Below are positions 13,318-27,520 of a stretch of DNA of 64,000 bases, one piece after another. Positions within the stretch are counted from its first letter, which is position 1. Every line of letters begins with the position of its first letter. A program made the translations under genes and the position numbers. The notes beneath the pieces were generated by a model. The model did no database searches and was not told where the DNA came from. It saw only the letters and a list, made by a program, of their open reading frames with translations. Location of the stretch: assembly GCA_036172245.1 (NCBI GenBank), contig JAYWIR010000016.1, forward strand, positions 3,224,001 through 3,288,000. The letters run 5' to 3'. Source of the stretch: Raillietiella orientalis. Taxonomy: Eukaryota.

Positions 13318-16300
13318 CTATTCTTTCACTTGAATTTCCAAAGGATTGCACTTCCAAACATGATTTTCACTAGCATCTGCATTTTCCCTTGAACTTTCAC
13401 AAAACATATCCAGTTTGAAAATACCACACGTTAAAAACATAAGACCCAATGTTTGTATAAAACTTTCACTTACAGGAATCTAAGTTATTTGAAAACAAAG
13501 GATACAATCACAATCACACCATATTGATGTAAAGTTTACCTCAAGGATTTTCACTTTATTGTTGCCTATGAAAATAATTTGATTTTCTAATAAATAATTT
13601 TTGTGCCCATTTTGATGGTCTTGATAGCATTTTGCAAAAAAGTGGAAATTTTTCAATGATCTGAATCCTCGATTATGCAAAACAATATTGATTTTTAGGA
13701 GTTCCCCAATTTCCAAAACATAAGAATCAGAATCTACATGCAACTTTCCTTGTAGATAAACATCTAAAACGGATTTAACATTTCTTGTATTATATTCTTT
13801 CTTACCCCAATGAATAGGTGCCATCTGAATGATGTCAAGCATAGTAGCTGTCCATGGGATTTTTCCAACGGAAGCTTTGCCTTTAATAACTTGATTGCTT
13901 AATGACCATGTCAAGCTCACTGCTTGTGCCAAACGTGCATTATAAATGTCTCGCAAATTAGACTTGGAGTTGGATTCTTCCTGAATAAAGATTGTGCAAA
14001 TTCCAATTTCAACATTGAACATTACTTCACTGAGATCCAACCTGGTTACAGGTATTGGAATACAATGACATTCTGAAGAATCTAAGAGAATATATTTCTC
14101 TGAATACTTGATTTTCATTTCATGACCAGTAGCATTGTAAACATCCAATACAAGGTAACAAATATCGGGGCTAAAAAGTATTCATTAATGCTTCTTTCTT
14201 CGTTTCCTCACTTACACTTCTGCAAACAAGACATCCCATTTACAGAACAAAAGTGAAGGCATGATCTCTACTCTTATTAATATGTTGTTTGAACGACAGT
14301 ATTCACTGATGAGCCCAGGACCACCAGAATACTGAATCTTCAATAGCGCTTCTATGATTCTACTCTCTGGTACAAATTTCTGAGTGTCACTACTTGATTT
14401 TCCAATGGAACTCCAATCATGAGGGTCACATCGTTTTTCGGATGAAGGAATTTTAAGCATAAAGTCTGATATTCCATATATTCTGAGACTGAATGTGGTC
14501 TTGCTTCCAGGAGATAAAGGAAGATGAGAAACCATGCTAGCTATATTCAGCTTGAACATCTCTTGCATATACTCTGAATTGTCTTCCAGATTGATTTCCA
14601 GCATTTCAACAGGCTGTAAGCCACAACTATGCAAAGTAAAGCTTATGTCTACACTGATTCCGAAAGATATCTTTTCTGTAATAGGTTTCAATCCTTACGT
14701 TTGTCCTGCATAAACAGATATAAATGCCTCTGCTACTATCTGAGATTCAGAATTTTCGACTTCAGCAAAACGAATGTGTTCATCCACCTGATTTAATGAT
14801 ACCCTGATTCGAGGTAATGAAGGAACCACTGTTACAGAAAAACATGGCAATTTGAAATTTGGATGATTTTTCAAACGACAGTGTGATTCAATTCCAAAAG
14901 TAATAAACGAATATCCTATAAAATATCAATGAATCCCTCGTTGGATTTATTCCTCGATGCATTACCCCAAATCTCCATTTCTCCTGCAACATGGGGAATT
15001 ACAGAAACTGATGTGAAAACGGATTTTACTTCAGGAGACAAGCAGAAAGATGTGATAGGTTGTTCGGTTCTTTCTTCAGTTAATAGCATCTAAAAACGAA
15101 TCCGTCAAAATGCAAACAATACATTTTTGCTCACAAAATTCGATATTTTCAATTCAACTGGAAGAGGATTGCTCATTTCCAAATACACATGGGCCTCTTC
15201 TCCTTCTACCCAAAGCAATTCTAAAAACGAAAGGTGAAAATCAAACACCAATGCATTTAGATAACTCAAACCTGATTTGGGTGCTACACATCGCACAGTC
15301 TTGTCTTGACGAATAGGAGTAAAAATAAATGGGCTTTGCAATGATGACATTTTCGCATTCATCTTGATAGGGCACAAATGGCTTTGAAATGTCTCAATTT
15401 GAAAAGAACTGATAGGAAAGAACGAAGAAAAATTAATAATAGGATAAAAACAAAAATAAAACATGCAATTCTCGAAATTGACTTCCATATTGCATTTAAA
15501 TTTCTACATAAAAAATTGTCAGACTTGTTTCCACAAATTTCATGTTTTTATGCTTTTGGCATTTATGTATGAAACGCAAAAGCATCAACAAAAAGTTTCA
15601 AATAGAATGAATGTTAGGAAACTGAAGCAACTTCTTAAAACAGCAAATGGAAAATGCCAATTTTGATCTTCCTTATTTCTAATTAAGAAATCATCAATTT
15701 CATTATGTGAAAGCCTAAATCTCAACATCTATTCCCTGGAACATTCTGACTGTTATATAAGGTTCCACTTTATCAACAAATTATCAGTAACTTTAAACTA
15801 CAGATCGTGAGTATTTAATGAATCCAGATTTCAATTTTCATAAATATTCAATTTCCATTCCTTTTTGCAACACATCAGAATCCATTTGTTTATAGGTAAT
15901 GACAAAAGCAAATGTGAGAACACTAATAAGGACATGGTAAACAAATTAAAAATACATACATATTTGTATGTATTTTTAAAATTCAATACACAAGAATCGG
16001 AAAAAATAACCACAACTCATAACAAAGCATCTCAAGTTTCAAACACATTTCCGAACAATGATAAAGAATTTTTTTTTATGAGAAATAAAAATTCTTTTTC
16101 ACATGTTCTAAACAATTCCCTGCAACAGATATGCATAATAGGAAAAAAATTTATATCGTAAATTGCAAACAACGTTGATTCATTAATTTATAAATACAGA
16201 ATTTCCACAGAAGGAAAACGAACAGTTTAAGTTATCGAAAGAAATGAATTTTTGAAAAGAATATATGTCTGGAACAATCAACCAAAAAATGAGAGTAAAG

Positions 16301-19300
16301 AATACAAAACATAGTTTTAATTACAAATTGACTTTTTGCATTTAAGGCTGCAATTTACCTGATACAAGGAATATTATAAAAATGCACAGATGGTATAATT
16401 ACACCACTGTCCAAAATGCTAGGTCCTACAGGGCTATTGTAGCAAGATGTTAATTCATCCAATTGTTTTGCTAAGTCTTCTTTTTCTTTGAATGACAAAT
16501 AATCGAGTTTTGAATGCAGCAGATAAGTAAGATGCAAAATAGCCAAGGAATTGTTTCCCATACGTTTTGCTATACCTATCATTTCTTGCAGTACTTGAAT
16601 CTGAATAGCAACCCATCCTTCATTGGCTATCTATTCCTATAGTGCCATTATTTCTTCTATCACCTGTACCTGTTCGTTGTGGCCGATCAAAAGATAGCTT
16701 GAAGCCAGTTAATGATTCCAGAATAGAATAATAACAGTCAGACCATGAAGGATTGGGGTTTTGAGGTGAAGCACATCTCATAGCTGCTACTCTCATGTAG
16801 AATGAACTTTTTCTATGGAATCCTATTCTTTTAAACACACCGGAAATAGCTGTGTATCGTTGAATCTAAAATCATACCTACTTTCTAGCACAAAAGTTGT
16901 AGAAGCTAACGATTTTTATGATGGCTTCCACATATGTAGTGGAAGTTATCGGCTAATGATTGAGAGAAGAAAAAAAAAAAAAAACTCTAATCAAAGACAC
17001 AATTCCCATAAACTGTAATGTACTCAATCTTTACATAATTAGAGGTATATTATACACAAAATATGATGCTAGTATTGTACATTATTATATTCCACCAGAA
17101 GGTGCAAAAAACTGCAACTCTACATTTCTATCACTTGTGTGAAAGTACATAACATTTTTTAAGTAATTATAACCCACAATTGTATAGATCTATTCTCAAC
17201 GTAAAAGTCAGTTTTGTTTATCAAATCGACTTACTTTTTCAGTTTCAGGTAGATTAAGGTTAACATACGCTATCTTGTCAAGAAATTCAACTGTTGTCAA
17301 ATACTCATGTTTTTCAATCAGCACTTTACATGCCTTAATGTTACATTCAACCTCAATAATTGCTGCCTGTCGAAACTAAAATATTATTATACTTAATTAA
17401 AAATCAATATTAAAATTATTGTTATAAACCAGTAATACATGTAGCAAACCTCTTCAATCAAAATTTTGTTCACCAAACACAACAAATATTGGCTCCTCTT
17501 CTAAGCAGCACTATTTTTTAAATGCTTTCCCCCCAGAAATCCAATAATTTCGTGCAAACATAAACACGCAAATTAATAATCAAATTGCTGGGACTATTTC
17601 GAGTCTTTATATTACATTTCTAACAACATATATACCTTAGTACTCGATACTGCACCAACTTTGATCTACGCTGCTTTTACGAGTAATCATTCTGCTTTCG
17701 CATGTTGCACAGAATGTTGAGGAATGTATGATGTGCCAACTTGGGTTCAATTACAATTAAGGACAATACCATTTTTCTCTCGCTTTAATTTACGATGAAA
17801 GCAGAGTATGAAGAAGTTCATATTAGAAATTAACCCATCAAAACAGATTAGAACAAAAACACTTGAACTGATAGTCTCGTCAATGTTCTTTCCATTCTAT
17901 ATAACCAGAATTTCCATTTATTTCCCTGTTTAAAGAACATGGCTGTCATTCTCCAAGGGAAATAATCTCCGAATAAAGTCTCCAAAATCTCAAGGCATGC
18001 CTGATGTTCCCAATTCCAGGAATTCTTCCAACCACATTATCTCATTAGAGCAGCAAACTTCAACTTGGAATCGACGTGTTAATCTTTATACTTTGCTAGA
18101 TTTACTGTTCAAAATCGCATGTCTTCATTTTCCTACTAGTGTCAGTTTTGTGAGATTCTACTTCATAACAGATCTCTATCAAGGCATATTACTTTTCAGA
18201 CTCATAAGAAAAAAAAATCTCTAATCTCCATGACTAACGTTTGTTTTCCATATTAAAAAAGCCATTCTGTTTTCCATCCTATCAGGATTCACACATCTTT
18301 TAAGCCAGGGCACATTTATTTACCCTGGCTTCAAAAGAATCAAAAATAATTAAATTATATATAGTTCAGCTTATAAATGTAGAGATTAATAAAGGAATTC
18401 ATTTGTGGCACGGTTGCAGGGAAACAAAAACTTTAAAACTTCTTTGATCTTCTCAAGCTACTTGACTGTTGCATTCCTCAAAAGTCTAATATACACTTCT
18501 AAGTTCTAAGTAAATTGCGACACGTGAATATTCAGGTAATTAATTGGAAAACAAGATAAAGAAATATAGTTGGCATCCTCTTTTATTGTTTGCAGATTCT
18601 TTGGTTGTTTGTTAAAGCTTTTGTAGCTTACGCTGTAATTTCTCTTTTTGTTTGTTATCTGAATAGTTCACTTAAAGTATTGTACAATTATTGTCAGAAA
18701 ATATGACTTTTTTTGGCATAATTTTCATAACAAATTCATATGTGATCTGAAATAAACTTCTCATTTTCTGTTAGGTTGATCAAATATAAAAGATGATGGG
18801 CATGGTGGACATCGAAATTGCTATTATAACATAAAACGTATTTAACACAATATGGTGTGCACTTTCTGAATTAAAAGTGAACATAACTGAAATAAAATGC
18901 CACAAATAATTACTTAGCACTTAATGAACAGGGTGCTCGCATTCGATCAACATTTTGCAACAGTTTTATCAAGATGATTTACAAAACCATAGTAATTTCA
19001 AACAAGTGAAAATACCGAACCATGACTTTCAAAGAACATCAAAAAAAACTTAAGCTTGGATATCAACCTAAAATGAACTTCTGTTCATGCTTTTTGGATC
19101 GTCACAGATATTCAATGTATTTCTGATATATATTGAACAAACACAAACAAACTACACATTGCAAACACAAATAATATTAACTTCAAAATATTTTTATGTA
19201 TCTAAAAGCCAAACATGCAATAACATTAGTCAAAGGAAGGTCCAAGAGTAAAAATTTGGTAAAATTTTATAAGCATGGATCTTGGACTAATCTCTTAACA

Positions 19301-22300
19301 TTCTGAAATTATTGCATCAATCAATCACCTAACATTTTTGAAGACTAACTCGCTGAAGGATTCACAATCTTATAAAACCGCCTCAAAAAATTATTTATTT
19401 TTGAAGATAATTTTGCAAATTCATTGTATAAAATTTGTACACAAATTCTCAACAAACAAAATTTTACTTTCATCATTTTTCAAATGTCTTGGTTTCAAAT
19501 TTTCTACCAATGCTATATAAAGTAATTTTTTTTTTGATTTCTTTAGTTTTTAAAAGCATAAGACAGTTACATGATTAACTCGGATGATTTGTAGTTTTTA
19601 ATTTTCATTGCAAAATTCAATAACTTGTGCTGATTTGTAAACACATTGATAATCACCTTATTGTAGTTTTGGACTGCTTCACCATATTTTTCTTTTATTT
19701 CTTCTGGATGAAGGCAGTATTTTTTAATATTTGTTTTTGTAGTTTTGTCATTCCAATTAAACAAAGGTTTGTTCAGGGTTCTGGAAATTATGTACATTAT
19801 TAAATGCTTGAAGTCACTCTTATAATCTTTAGACGAAAACAGTTTCTAAATAACTTTACTTGATCAAAACCAGATTTTGTCTTCTGAGACTTTCATTTAG
19901 AATCATTACTGGTGGTCTTAACATTGTTTTCTGATAATTTTGCTATCAGTAGAGCAGTTGATTAAAAAATAGCACAAATGATATAATAACTGTCTTTATT
20001 ATGATATACAGATATATTCTTTTCTTACATTTTATATTATATTAAAATTATGACTTTTCTCCAAAACAATGCATTTCCATTTGAAAACTCACTTTGAATT
20101 TATTCCAGTATTCAGGGATGCAACTCTCTGAAAAGTTTTTCCAGCTGTAGGGTTTTGTAAAAATTCAGATGCAGAACATAAACCTTCATAACAACCTAAA
20201 AATGTATTAATAGAGATAACTAAAATTTTCGTGCATACAATGCATTTGTTCCAAACATACTGCTATAACATTTATTTTAAGTTATTTTAAATTCATTACC
20301 ATCTACTAGGTATCAAATCTAGAATACTGCTATTTGCACATTAAAAAGTAGCATCTACACATGCCAAATTCATAAAACCTCCAGTGTTCAAAGCTGAATA
20401 AACGTGCTGCAAAAATTGAAGGTACTTTATTCCTTGGTTGAATGTTTCTCTTTAGTAATCAACTGTCTTATAATTAATGAATGTAAATTAAGCTCATAAA
20501 TTAAAAGCAAAGAAAATGTCATAAGGAAAAAGTTGAGCTCTGGAGCTTATTTTACCCTTTACGACTGGTTATTGCACTGTTTACAACATTGCTAGTGATT
20601 TTTAAGAGTAACTATCTTACAGGAACATATCTCATATGCAATGATTATATTGAGTCCTCATTCTACTCCTGAAATTTCCTTTGTCTATTACCTTTATTAA
20701 AAATGCTGGAATGTAAAAAGAATTCCCTTTAACAATTAGGACTATGTGAATCATACTTTTATAATTTGTTTTACATATGGGAGTATAAAAATATCCACAT
20801 AAAGCAAGCACATGTAATGCACAAACGTTCAAAGTTACGATGCAATATTTAAATAATTTTATTCTTCACATAAGAATACAGTGCATACAGCAGTTGATAT
20901 CTATGTAGAATTTACTCGGAATGATATCTGTTCTGGTATTCTGCTTGTTATGAAAAGATATGCACGCATTATTCAACATAAACCAAACCTATTCTACAGC
21001 ATTTAAATGATTTACACTTGAAATAAGAACTAAATGATCCCCAGGATACTTCAAACCCTAAAAGCGAAATAAAACTAAAATATACCTTTATCACATGACA
21101 AATAAAAAAACTAAAAACTGTCATGGTGTACTGAATGCAACCAATGAACCAAATAAAGCTTTCAATGCAGAACCATTAATTCACAGGCTGAATGATTCAA
21201 AATCAGCAGGCTATTCATGGATCTGGTTCTGGTTGCTGTCAATTTGGTTTTAGACTGGTGCTCAATGACAGAACACACACAGAAAAATATGGATGAATCT
21301 AAAGATTACTACTAAAATTAACATAGATCATAAATAATTTTACAAAAGGAATAGAAGCAGTAAACAGGAACAGAAAAAGTTACAGAAAACGCTAAACAAA
21401 ACTCTTCGTCTAGGAAATTTTGATGCAAAATGGATTTTACAAATATGCAGAAGGCAATTATGGAACCAGTGCTATTTAAAGAGCTGCAGACTGAACTCTA
21501 TCTAATCAGCACTTGCAATGGCAGTTTCTGACTTGAACATAAGATTCCAGTTAAAACACAAATAATCTGACCTAAAGTTTTAATATGAATATAAATTTAT
21601 TTCAGTGGTAACAAAATTCATTCAACCATGAGTGAAGAACATATAAAGTTGACATGATTTAATATTTCAGACAATCACAAACCTGCCAGCCATAGCCAAT
21701 CATTAATACTTTTTAGCATTTCCCCTGCTTCTCGATAAAGATTGATGGACTCTGTTGGTAAATTCGCCTGCAGACAAAGATCAGCTAAATGCTTTTTTGC
21801 TCTACCATGGATGCGTTTACGACTAGCTCGAGATTCTAGATCAATTCCCACAAAGTCCTTCTTTTCAAAGGGTGCAAATAACATGGAAAGTTTATCTGGT
21901 TTTTCTTTCATTCGATCAAGCCGTTTAGATTCTAATATCCAGAATAATGATAGAAGAAATTTATAGATATCTTGCTCTAAAACATCGAATGCTTCCCAGT
22001 TTGGAAGAAACAGACAAGAATCGTCGAAATTATCAGGAAATTGAACTTCCAATCTTTCAGGCCTTTTTTCTTCAGGAGAATGAACCAACATTAAATAATT
22101 CTTTGGGGAATTCTTTGAATGAACACATGTAGAGTTGCAGTTTTTTGCACCTTCTGGTGGAATAACTGATTTTGAGATATCGTCAACTGAACCCGATTCT
22201 GATGTTTCTAAAGGAAGGTCAATATCACTATTGCATGAATCCACTTTTCTTTGATGCATAGAATGAGAACATGTCTTGGATACAAAGCACGTGGGGTCAC

Positions 22301-25300
22301 TTGAACTCTGCTCATTAGTGGAAACTGAGGAAACTGGCTCCCTCTGCTCATTTTCATTCCCAACAGCAAAACTATGAGAACATTCACTAAAACTCTGTTT
22401 GATATGTTCTTGAGAAGTTTCACAAGAATTGATTCCCACAAAAATACACCTGGAATCATATAAATGCGATGCAAATCTAAGTTTGATATGTTCGTGTTGA
22501 AGACATAAATTTGTTACATCTTCTTGATTCTGACATTTGCCTATGGAATAAAAAGGGAAACTCTATATCAATGCAACAGAAAATACAAGATCAAAATTCA
22601 TTTATATAATTAATATCATTAGAAAAACATATATAAGAATGAATATCATTTTTCTTAATACTTTTTATCGTTTCATGAAACTTTAAAAAGAAACACTTCA
22701 GAAGCTCTAGGTTTTTAGGACACATCGTAATTCACTTTGTAGTTATGCTATTTAACTGAATTCATTAACAATTATGTAACCATCACCACCATTTCCCAAG
22801 AACATAAAATCAATCTTGAATTTCAAGTTTCTCAAGGTTATTCTATTAAACTTATTTGTTGTACAAATCTTCAATTTTCAAGCTTGTAAATATTTCAGAA
22901 GTCAAAAGATATGGATACAGAAAGCTTTATTGATAGCATAACAACATATGCTTAGGGAAAACTGCATAAGACTTTAAATTGCCTCTGAATTCAAAATGTG
23001 ACACTCAAATGGCTATCCAAAGTGGGTTAAGAGAAACTATTAGAAATAACCCTTATAATTAAGAAATAGAATAACAAAAAATCAATGATACGTTTATCCA
23101 TGATAAACAACAGGAGAACCTCAATTTAGAAATTCTTGCACTTTGGGGAGTATAGAAGTTAACAAGAGTTTAGTCTGCTTTAATGTTTTTCTATTCAACA
23201 AATTAAATTTCAAATAAAGCCTAACTGAGGTCCTTCAAAAAACCATGACTATTGAGATGCTAAGTACCAAAACCCACTGACCTAATCCAATGTTATCACT
23301 TTAAAAAGCTTAGCATTCATAATTGTATGCAATTTAAAGTGACTTAAAAGACACCACTTCAAATACTTAAATCAGCACTGATTTCACATCTCATATGACA
23401 TACCATGTGTAACCTTGCACTACAAATAAACCACATAGCATCCTGTCCTGTTTCCTCATAACTAGAGTACACACACATGTCCATGAATACTTCTTCAATA
23501 CTTACTCATAAAAATTAGATATAACTACACATATGTAAACATGCTATTCAATATATGCATATGAGAAAGTTGGTCCAAGACATTGCAATTCAGTTGATTT
23601 AATTAAAAATTGATTCCTATAATGCACTGCATGCATTGTGGCACCTGGAATACACAAATACATGCTACCATAGATCACTGTTCCTGATTTACAACAAATG
23701 AAAGACTTTACTGATCTATGAAATCAAGTTGAATTACTAAAATATCCTTTAAGTTGGTGATAATGAAAAGTAATGGTTTTTAAAGCTGCAAGAAGCCCTC
23801 TAAGGCATCTAGAAAAACAAATTGTTTTAAAGAATTATTTTTAGCCATGCAAGTTAATATCTTTAGAATCTAGTTATTCACTTTAAAGAAACTAGGTTAT
23901 CTAATTTTCTGGCCAAGATTTTCCCTGATTGTCGTTTTTAAAATTCCAATATTTTTCAAACTTGTCTCCGTCTTAATTTGTCACCCAATTTTTCCCGAAT
24001 CACTTATGTATTGTAATAAGACTAGATAATAAATATACAGCAACCAAACAAAACATTATGAATTAACATCAGATTACTGGAGGATAATTTTAAAGATTCT
24101 GGACAATGCGTTATATTCTGTAAAAGCAGAATGTGCAATTACAGAATTATCTTAAAGCTTCTATAGCATATATATCCCATGCTTTCTATAAAAGAACTTG
24201 TGAAATTTTTATACACTAATTTTTCACAAGTGCGATATTCCAAGTGGAATATTCCTGTTTCAAACCAAGTAATACAATCAGTCAATACTGCTTCTACAAG
24301 TTCACCTAATTTGTAACGAAAGTTTTCAAAAGATTCTAGATCTTTTGAAACACTAATACAGCTTATGATGTAATAAGTAAGGAATAATGAACTGAACTCA
24401 TATGTAGCATGCATTCATGATGTGCAATTTATAATTATGAAGTCATTTCCTAAAGAAACACATATTATAACTGCCATGCACTGAAATGATTTATGATATA
24501 TGTTACCTATGGAAATGAGTCCCAAAATTCTTCTATGTGTCTGAAAATCACCCCATTCGTTGTTAAGTACTGGATAATTTTTTACAAATCTCAAGTGAAT
24601 TTTCCGATAATTTCCTTGGGAATCAGTTACTTGAATGGTAGAAAATTTTGTAATTCGCTCAAAAAATCTCAGTGACCAGCGATTCTTGGCACCTAAAAGC
24701 ATTACATAGTTTTGTAATGGATGAAAAACAGGTTAAAAATTTTGATACCAAACAGTCTTAATTTTGTTAATGCGCATTTGAAAACATGGAAAACTAACAC
24801 TAAATTACTTTAGAGAAGATAAAAGCAAGAGTTCTCTTTTATGTGCACCACTGAACTTCATTTTGGTAAGATGAGCAGCACAAAGATGCATGCATTAGAA
24901 TTTTGCATTCTTCACAGATTTCTATAGGCATAAATTTGCAGTGAAACTACTTGAAAATTACACACTTGGCCAAACTTAAACTTAAACTGACTTGATCTTA
25001 TCATTCTGTTTAAGTGACACAGAAAATGTGTTCGAATTTTTCTTGTAAAACACATCCATGGATTAAAACTGATTGAAAATTAAGTTATGATGTGAAAAGA
25101 CAATCACAGTATCACAAGTGAAATGCCAAACTGATAAACACAAATTTGGATAAGAACACAAAGCCTTCTGTCATACTGATATTAAAAATATCTGTTCAAT
25201 AGAAATGAAAACAATACTTCTATAAATGTTTAACACAAAATTACTTGAAGATAGCATGTGAAGTGCTAGAATCATTTTAAAGTCACAATCAGATCCAAAA

Positions 25301-26549
25301 GAATGTGGAAATCATATAAATCAACACTGGAAACTTTTCTGACAAACTTAATGAAAAATCATAAAATCATAGTAATGCACACTCTTAACATCCTGAAGCA
25401 CTGCACAGTTGTGTATTAAATGGAAACTAAGGATACAAAACCAATCACCGTGAAAAGAATGTACCCAACTCTGTGACCTTTTTTGTAAAAAGATTTACAA
25501 CAACTAATCTTTTTCAGTTTTTATGCTGGGTTCTTAAACATAAAAGTGAAACAAGCCATAGCCATAATACAGGGATCAGATCAAACTAATAGTCTGAAAT
25601 TTTATCAGGTTGAAAGCTTCCTTATGCTTACTGTAGTTGTCAGAAGGCAAGAATGACCTACAAAAAGGTTATGGTAAAAAATGAGGCCATAAATAATGAA
25701 GACACGTAATACAGTGCATCATATGAGCAAGTAACACTAGAGTGAATAAGTGGAATAGTTGAGGACATAAGGGAATAATCATAATTCTAATGAAAACTTC
25801 AAAATGTTAGAAAGAAAGTTCTAAGAAACTAAAAATGCAATACAAGAAAAATGATGAGACATCTAGCAGGAAACATTAGTAACAACTTCTAATTGTACCT
25901 GAAAAGTCTTAGATTTCTCTTTGATTTTGCAACACTTGAATGGAAAAAGCAACTTTTTACGAGCAACAGATGAATAATTTAAATGAACTGTGCAAATAAT
26001 ATGGAGCCCATTTACATTTCTCTAATTGACTTTACAGGAAATGATGACATCAAACTCCAAATTGGATTTTATTTGGAATCACCAAAGTACCTGGTGTCTT
26101 TTAGAAATCACTTAAAACACATCTGCAGTTTAAATAACACAAACTATATTGTTTAATTATTTACAAAAGGAACATTGAAATGATTTTTCAGGATCAGTAA
26201 TTACTGTTGAGAAGGTTCTTTGGAATGTTCTTTTTGACTGATAAAGAAATAACTGCTCTGTACTATGGAGATAATAATTTATGAATGTGTCTAACGTAAG
26301 AAAACATTCCCTTTAATTGTTAATGAGAAGCAAAAGCGCCATAACATGCTAACAAAACTTTCATGCTGCATTCATATTATATCTAAAGATTGACTTCAAC
26401 ATTAAGATTTTTATCCTTCACAAAACACTTGCAAGAATGCGATTGCAAAGATTCGAAAAATGTAACCTTAAATAACTACCTGCAATATTAACTAATACCA
26501 ACAAGGTGCCGTGGTGTTGAGCTTCTGAACTGTAATCAGGAAAGTCCAT
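13318..26549 (-). CDS. TRAPPC9: Trafficking protein particle complex subunit 9 (NIBP/Trs120/brunelleschi family, ~1229 aa)
   Basis: 16 phase-consistent exons: 26549-26480, 24692-24507, 22540-21683, 20195-20093, 19780-19657, 17375-17235, 16865-16670, 16617-16359, 15408-15272, 15220-15135, 15089-14966, 14915-14699, 14653-14216, 14170-13806, 13763-13540, 13479-13318. Motifs NNEWGDFQTHR, ILESKRLDR, PFEKKDFVG, NDWLWLAG, GFHRKSSF, SPFIFTPI and LKIQYSGGPG. Confidence 0.93.
17088..17125 (+). repeat. 38-bp intronic segment that is the exact reverse complement of TRAPPC9 exon 3 positions 22127-22164
   Basis: TATTCCACCAGAAGGTGCAAAAAACTGCAACTCTACAT; 38/38 match checked by eye. The peptide IPPEGAKNCNST appears in both ORF-track translations, on opposite strands. 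Confidence 0.95.
17850..18100 (-). mobile_element. Possible degenerate RT thumb fragment inside TRAPPC9 intron 5
   Basis: LEEFLELG..DFIRR and FFKQGNKWKFW resemble LRxFLGxxxYYRRFI..LLKKxxxFxW. Confidence 0.3.
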
Positions 26550-26629
26550 TTCTTCCCACTGACTTCTACATTGAGTGAACGACGGCGACAAATTTTCAAA
26601 GTATAAAATAAAATCTCTTCAAACTATTT

Positions 26630-27520
26630 CATTGTGTGTAATTTACAATACTGAATGGCGAACACACACAAAAATGTTACTAACAGAACACATCTTCCAA
26701 ATGCTTACAATTCTTTAAAAAGGATGCAGCTTGTTCGCAATTCTCAACACCCTGTTGCTTTGATCAAATCAAGAAAACCTATTTTGCTTTCAATCCAAAT
26801 GCCTAAAATGCATCAAGATTTCAGGGCATTCAGTTTCCCAGCTGTATATAAATATATATAAATGTTTTAAATGATACATTACAATAATATGGATAGTACA
26901 ATAAATAATAAAATAGTATTCATATGGATTCGAAAGACCTTTTTTTTTTTCTTTTTTACCAAGCTCCCTTTCCTGAACTTTACAGGGGTCCTGCTCATTT
27001 TACATTGAACGCTTGCCGTAGAATGAATTTGCAAATTCTGTACGAAAACCTTGAATACCACGTTCTACGACTCCACGTCGCCTACGTGCTCAGCTGCACG
27101 GCATGGGCAACGTCCTGCTGGCCGAGCGGTTGTCGCTCGCATACGTCACACATGCGCGTTGCCTGTTCGCGTGCTCTCTCCATGGCAGCAGCAGGGGTAC
27201 GCATTCGTTTCGTTTCACTCCTGCGGTATAGCTGCGCCAGATGAAAACGAAATCCAAACTTTGCAGCTATCAGCCATGGTGGATTTACTGTTTAAAAAAG
27301 ATTTTTGAAACTTTTCACGAGCATTTGATGCTACTTCGACTGCTTCAACGCGTTGCAGATTTTTTCAAGTCCTTACTTTTTTACTCTGGGTCGCTTCTCG
27401 CCCCTTTGGCTAACATCAAAGTATTTTTATTCATTGTGATTTTTTGTTCCCCTTTTAGCGTTTACCAGCCTCCATGTTTCCGAGCGTGTGAGATGCAAGA
27501 CGAAAGTAATTTCTGGTGAA
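26630..27520 (+). mobile_element. Degenerate gypsy-like reverse transcriptase relic overlapping the TRAPPC9 upstream region
   Basis: In the expected order: LCVIY, RTHLPNAY..IQMPKMHQDFRAFSFP, FYQAPFPELYRGPAHF, then after a CpG-rich stretch (27060-27240) FETFHEHLMLLRLLQRV, similar to FSxTFEEHLxHLRxVLQRL. Confidence 0.55.
27060..27240 (-). promoter_or_regulatory. CpG-rich island, candidate TRAPPC9 promoter
   Basis: Dense CpG/GC segment ~500-700 bp upstream of the TRAPPC9 ATG in an otherwise AT-rich context. Confidence 0.4.

Noticed and set aside
19860..19945. Possible extra TRAPPC9 exon
   Set aside because: The available acceptors give stops in the required phase, and the gene closes in frame without it.
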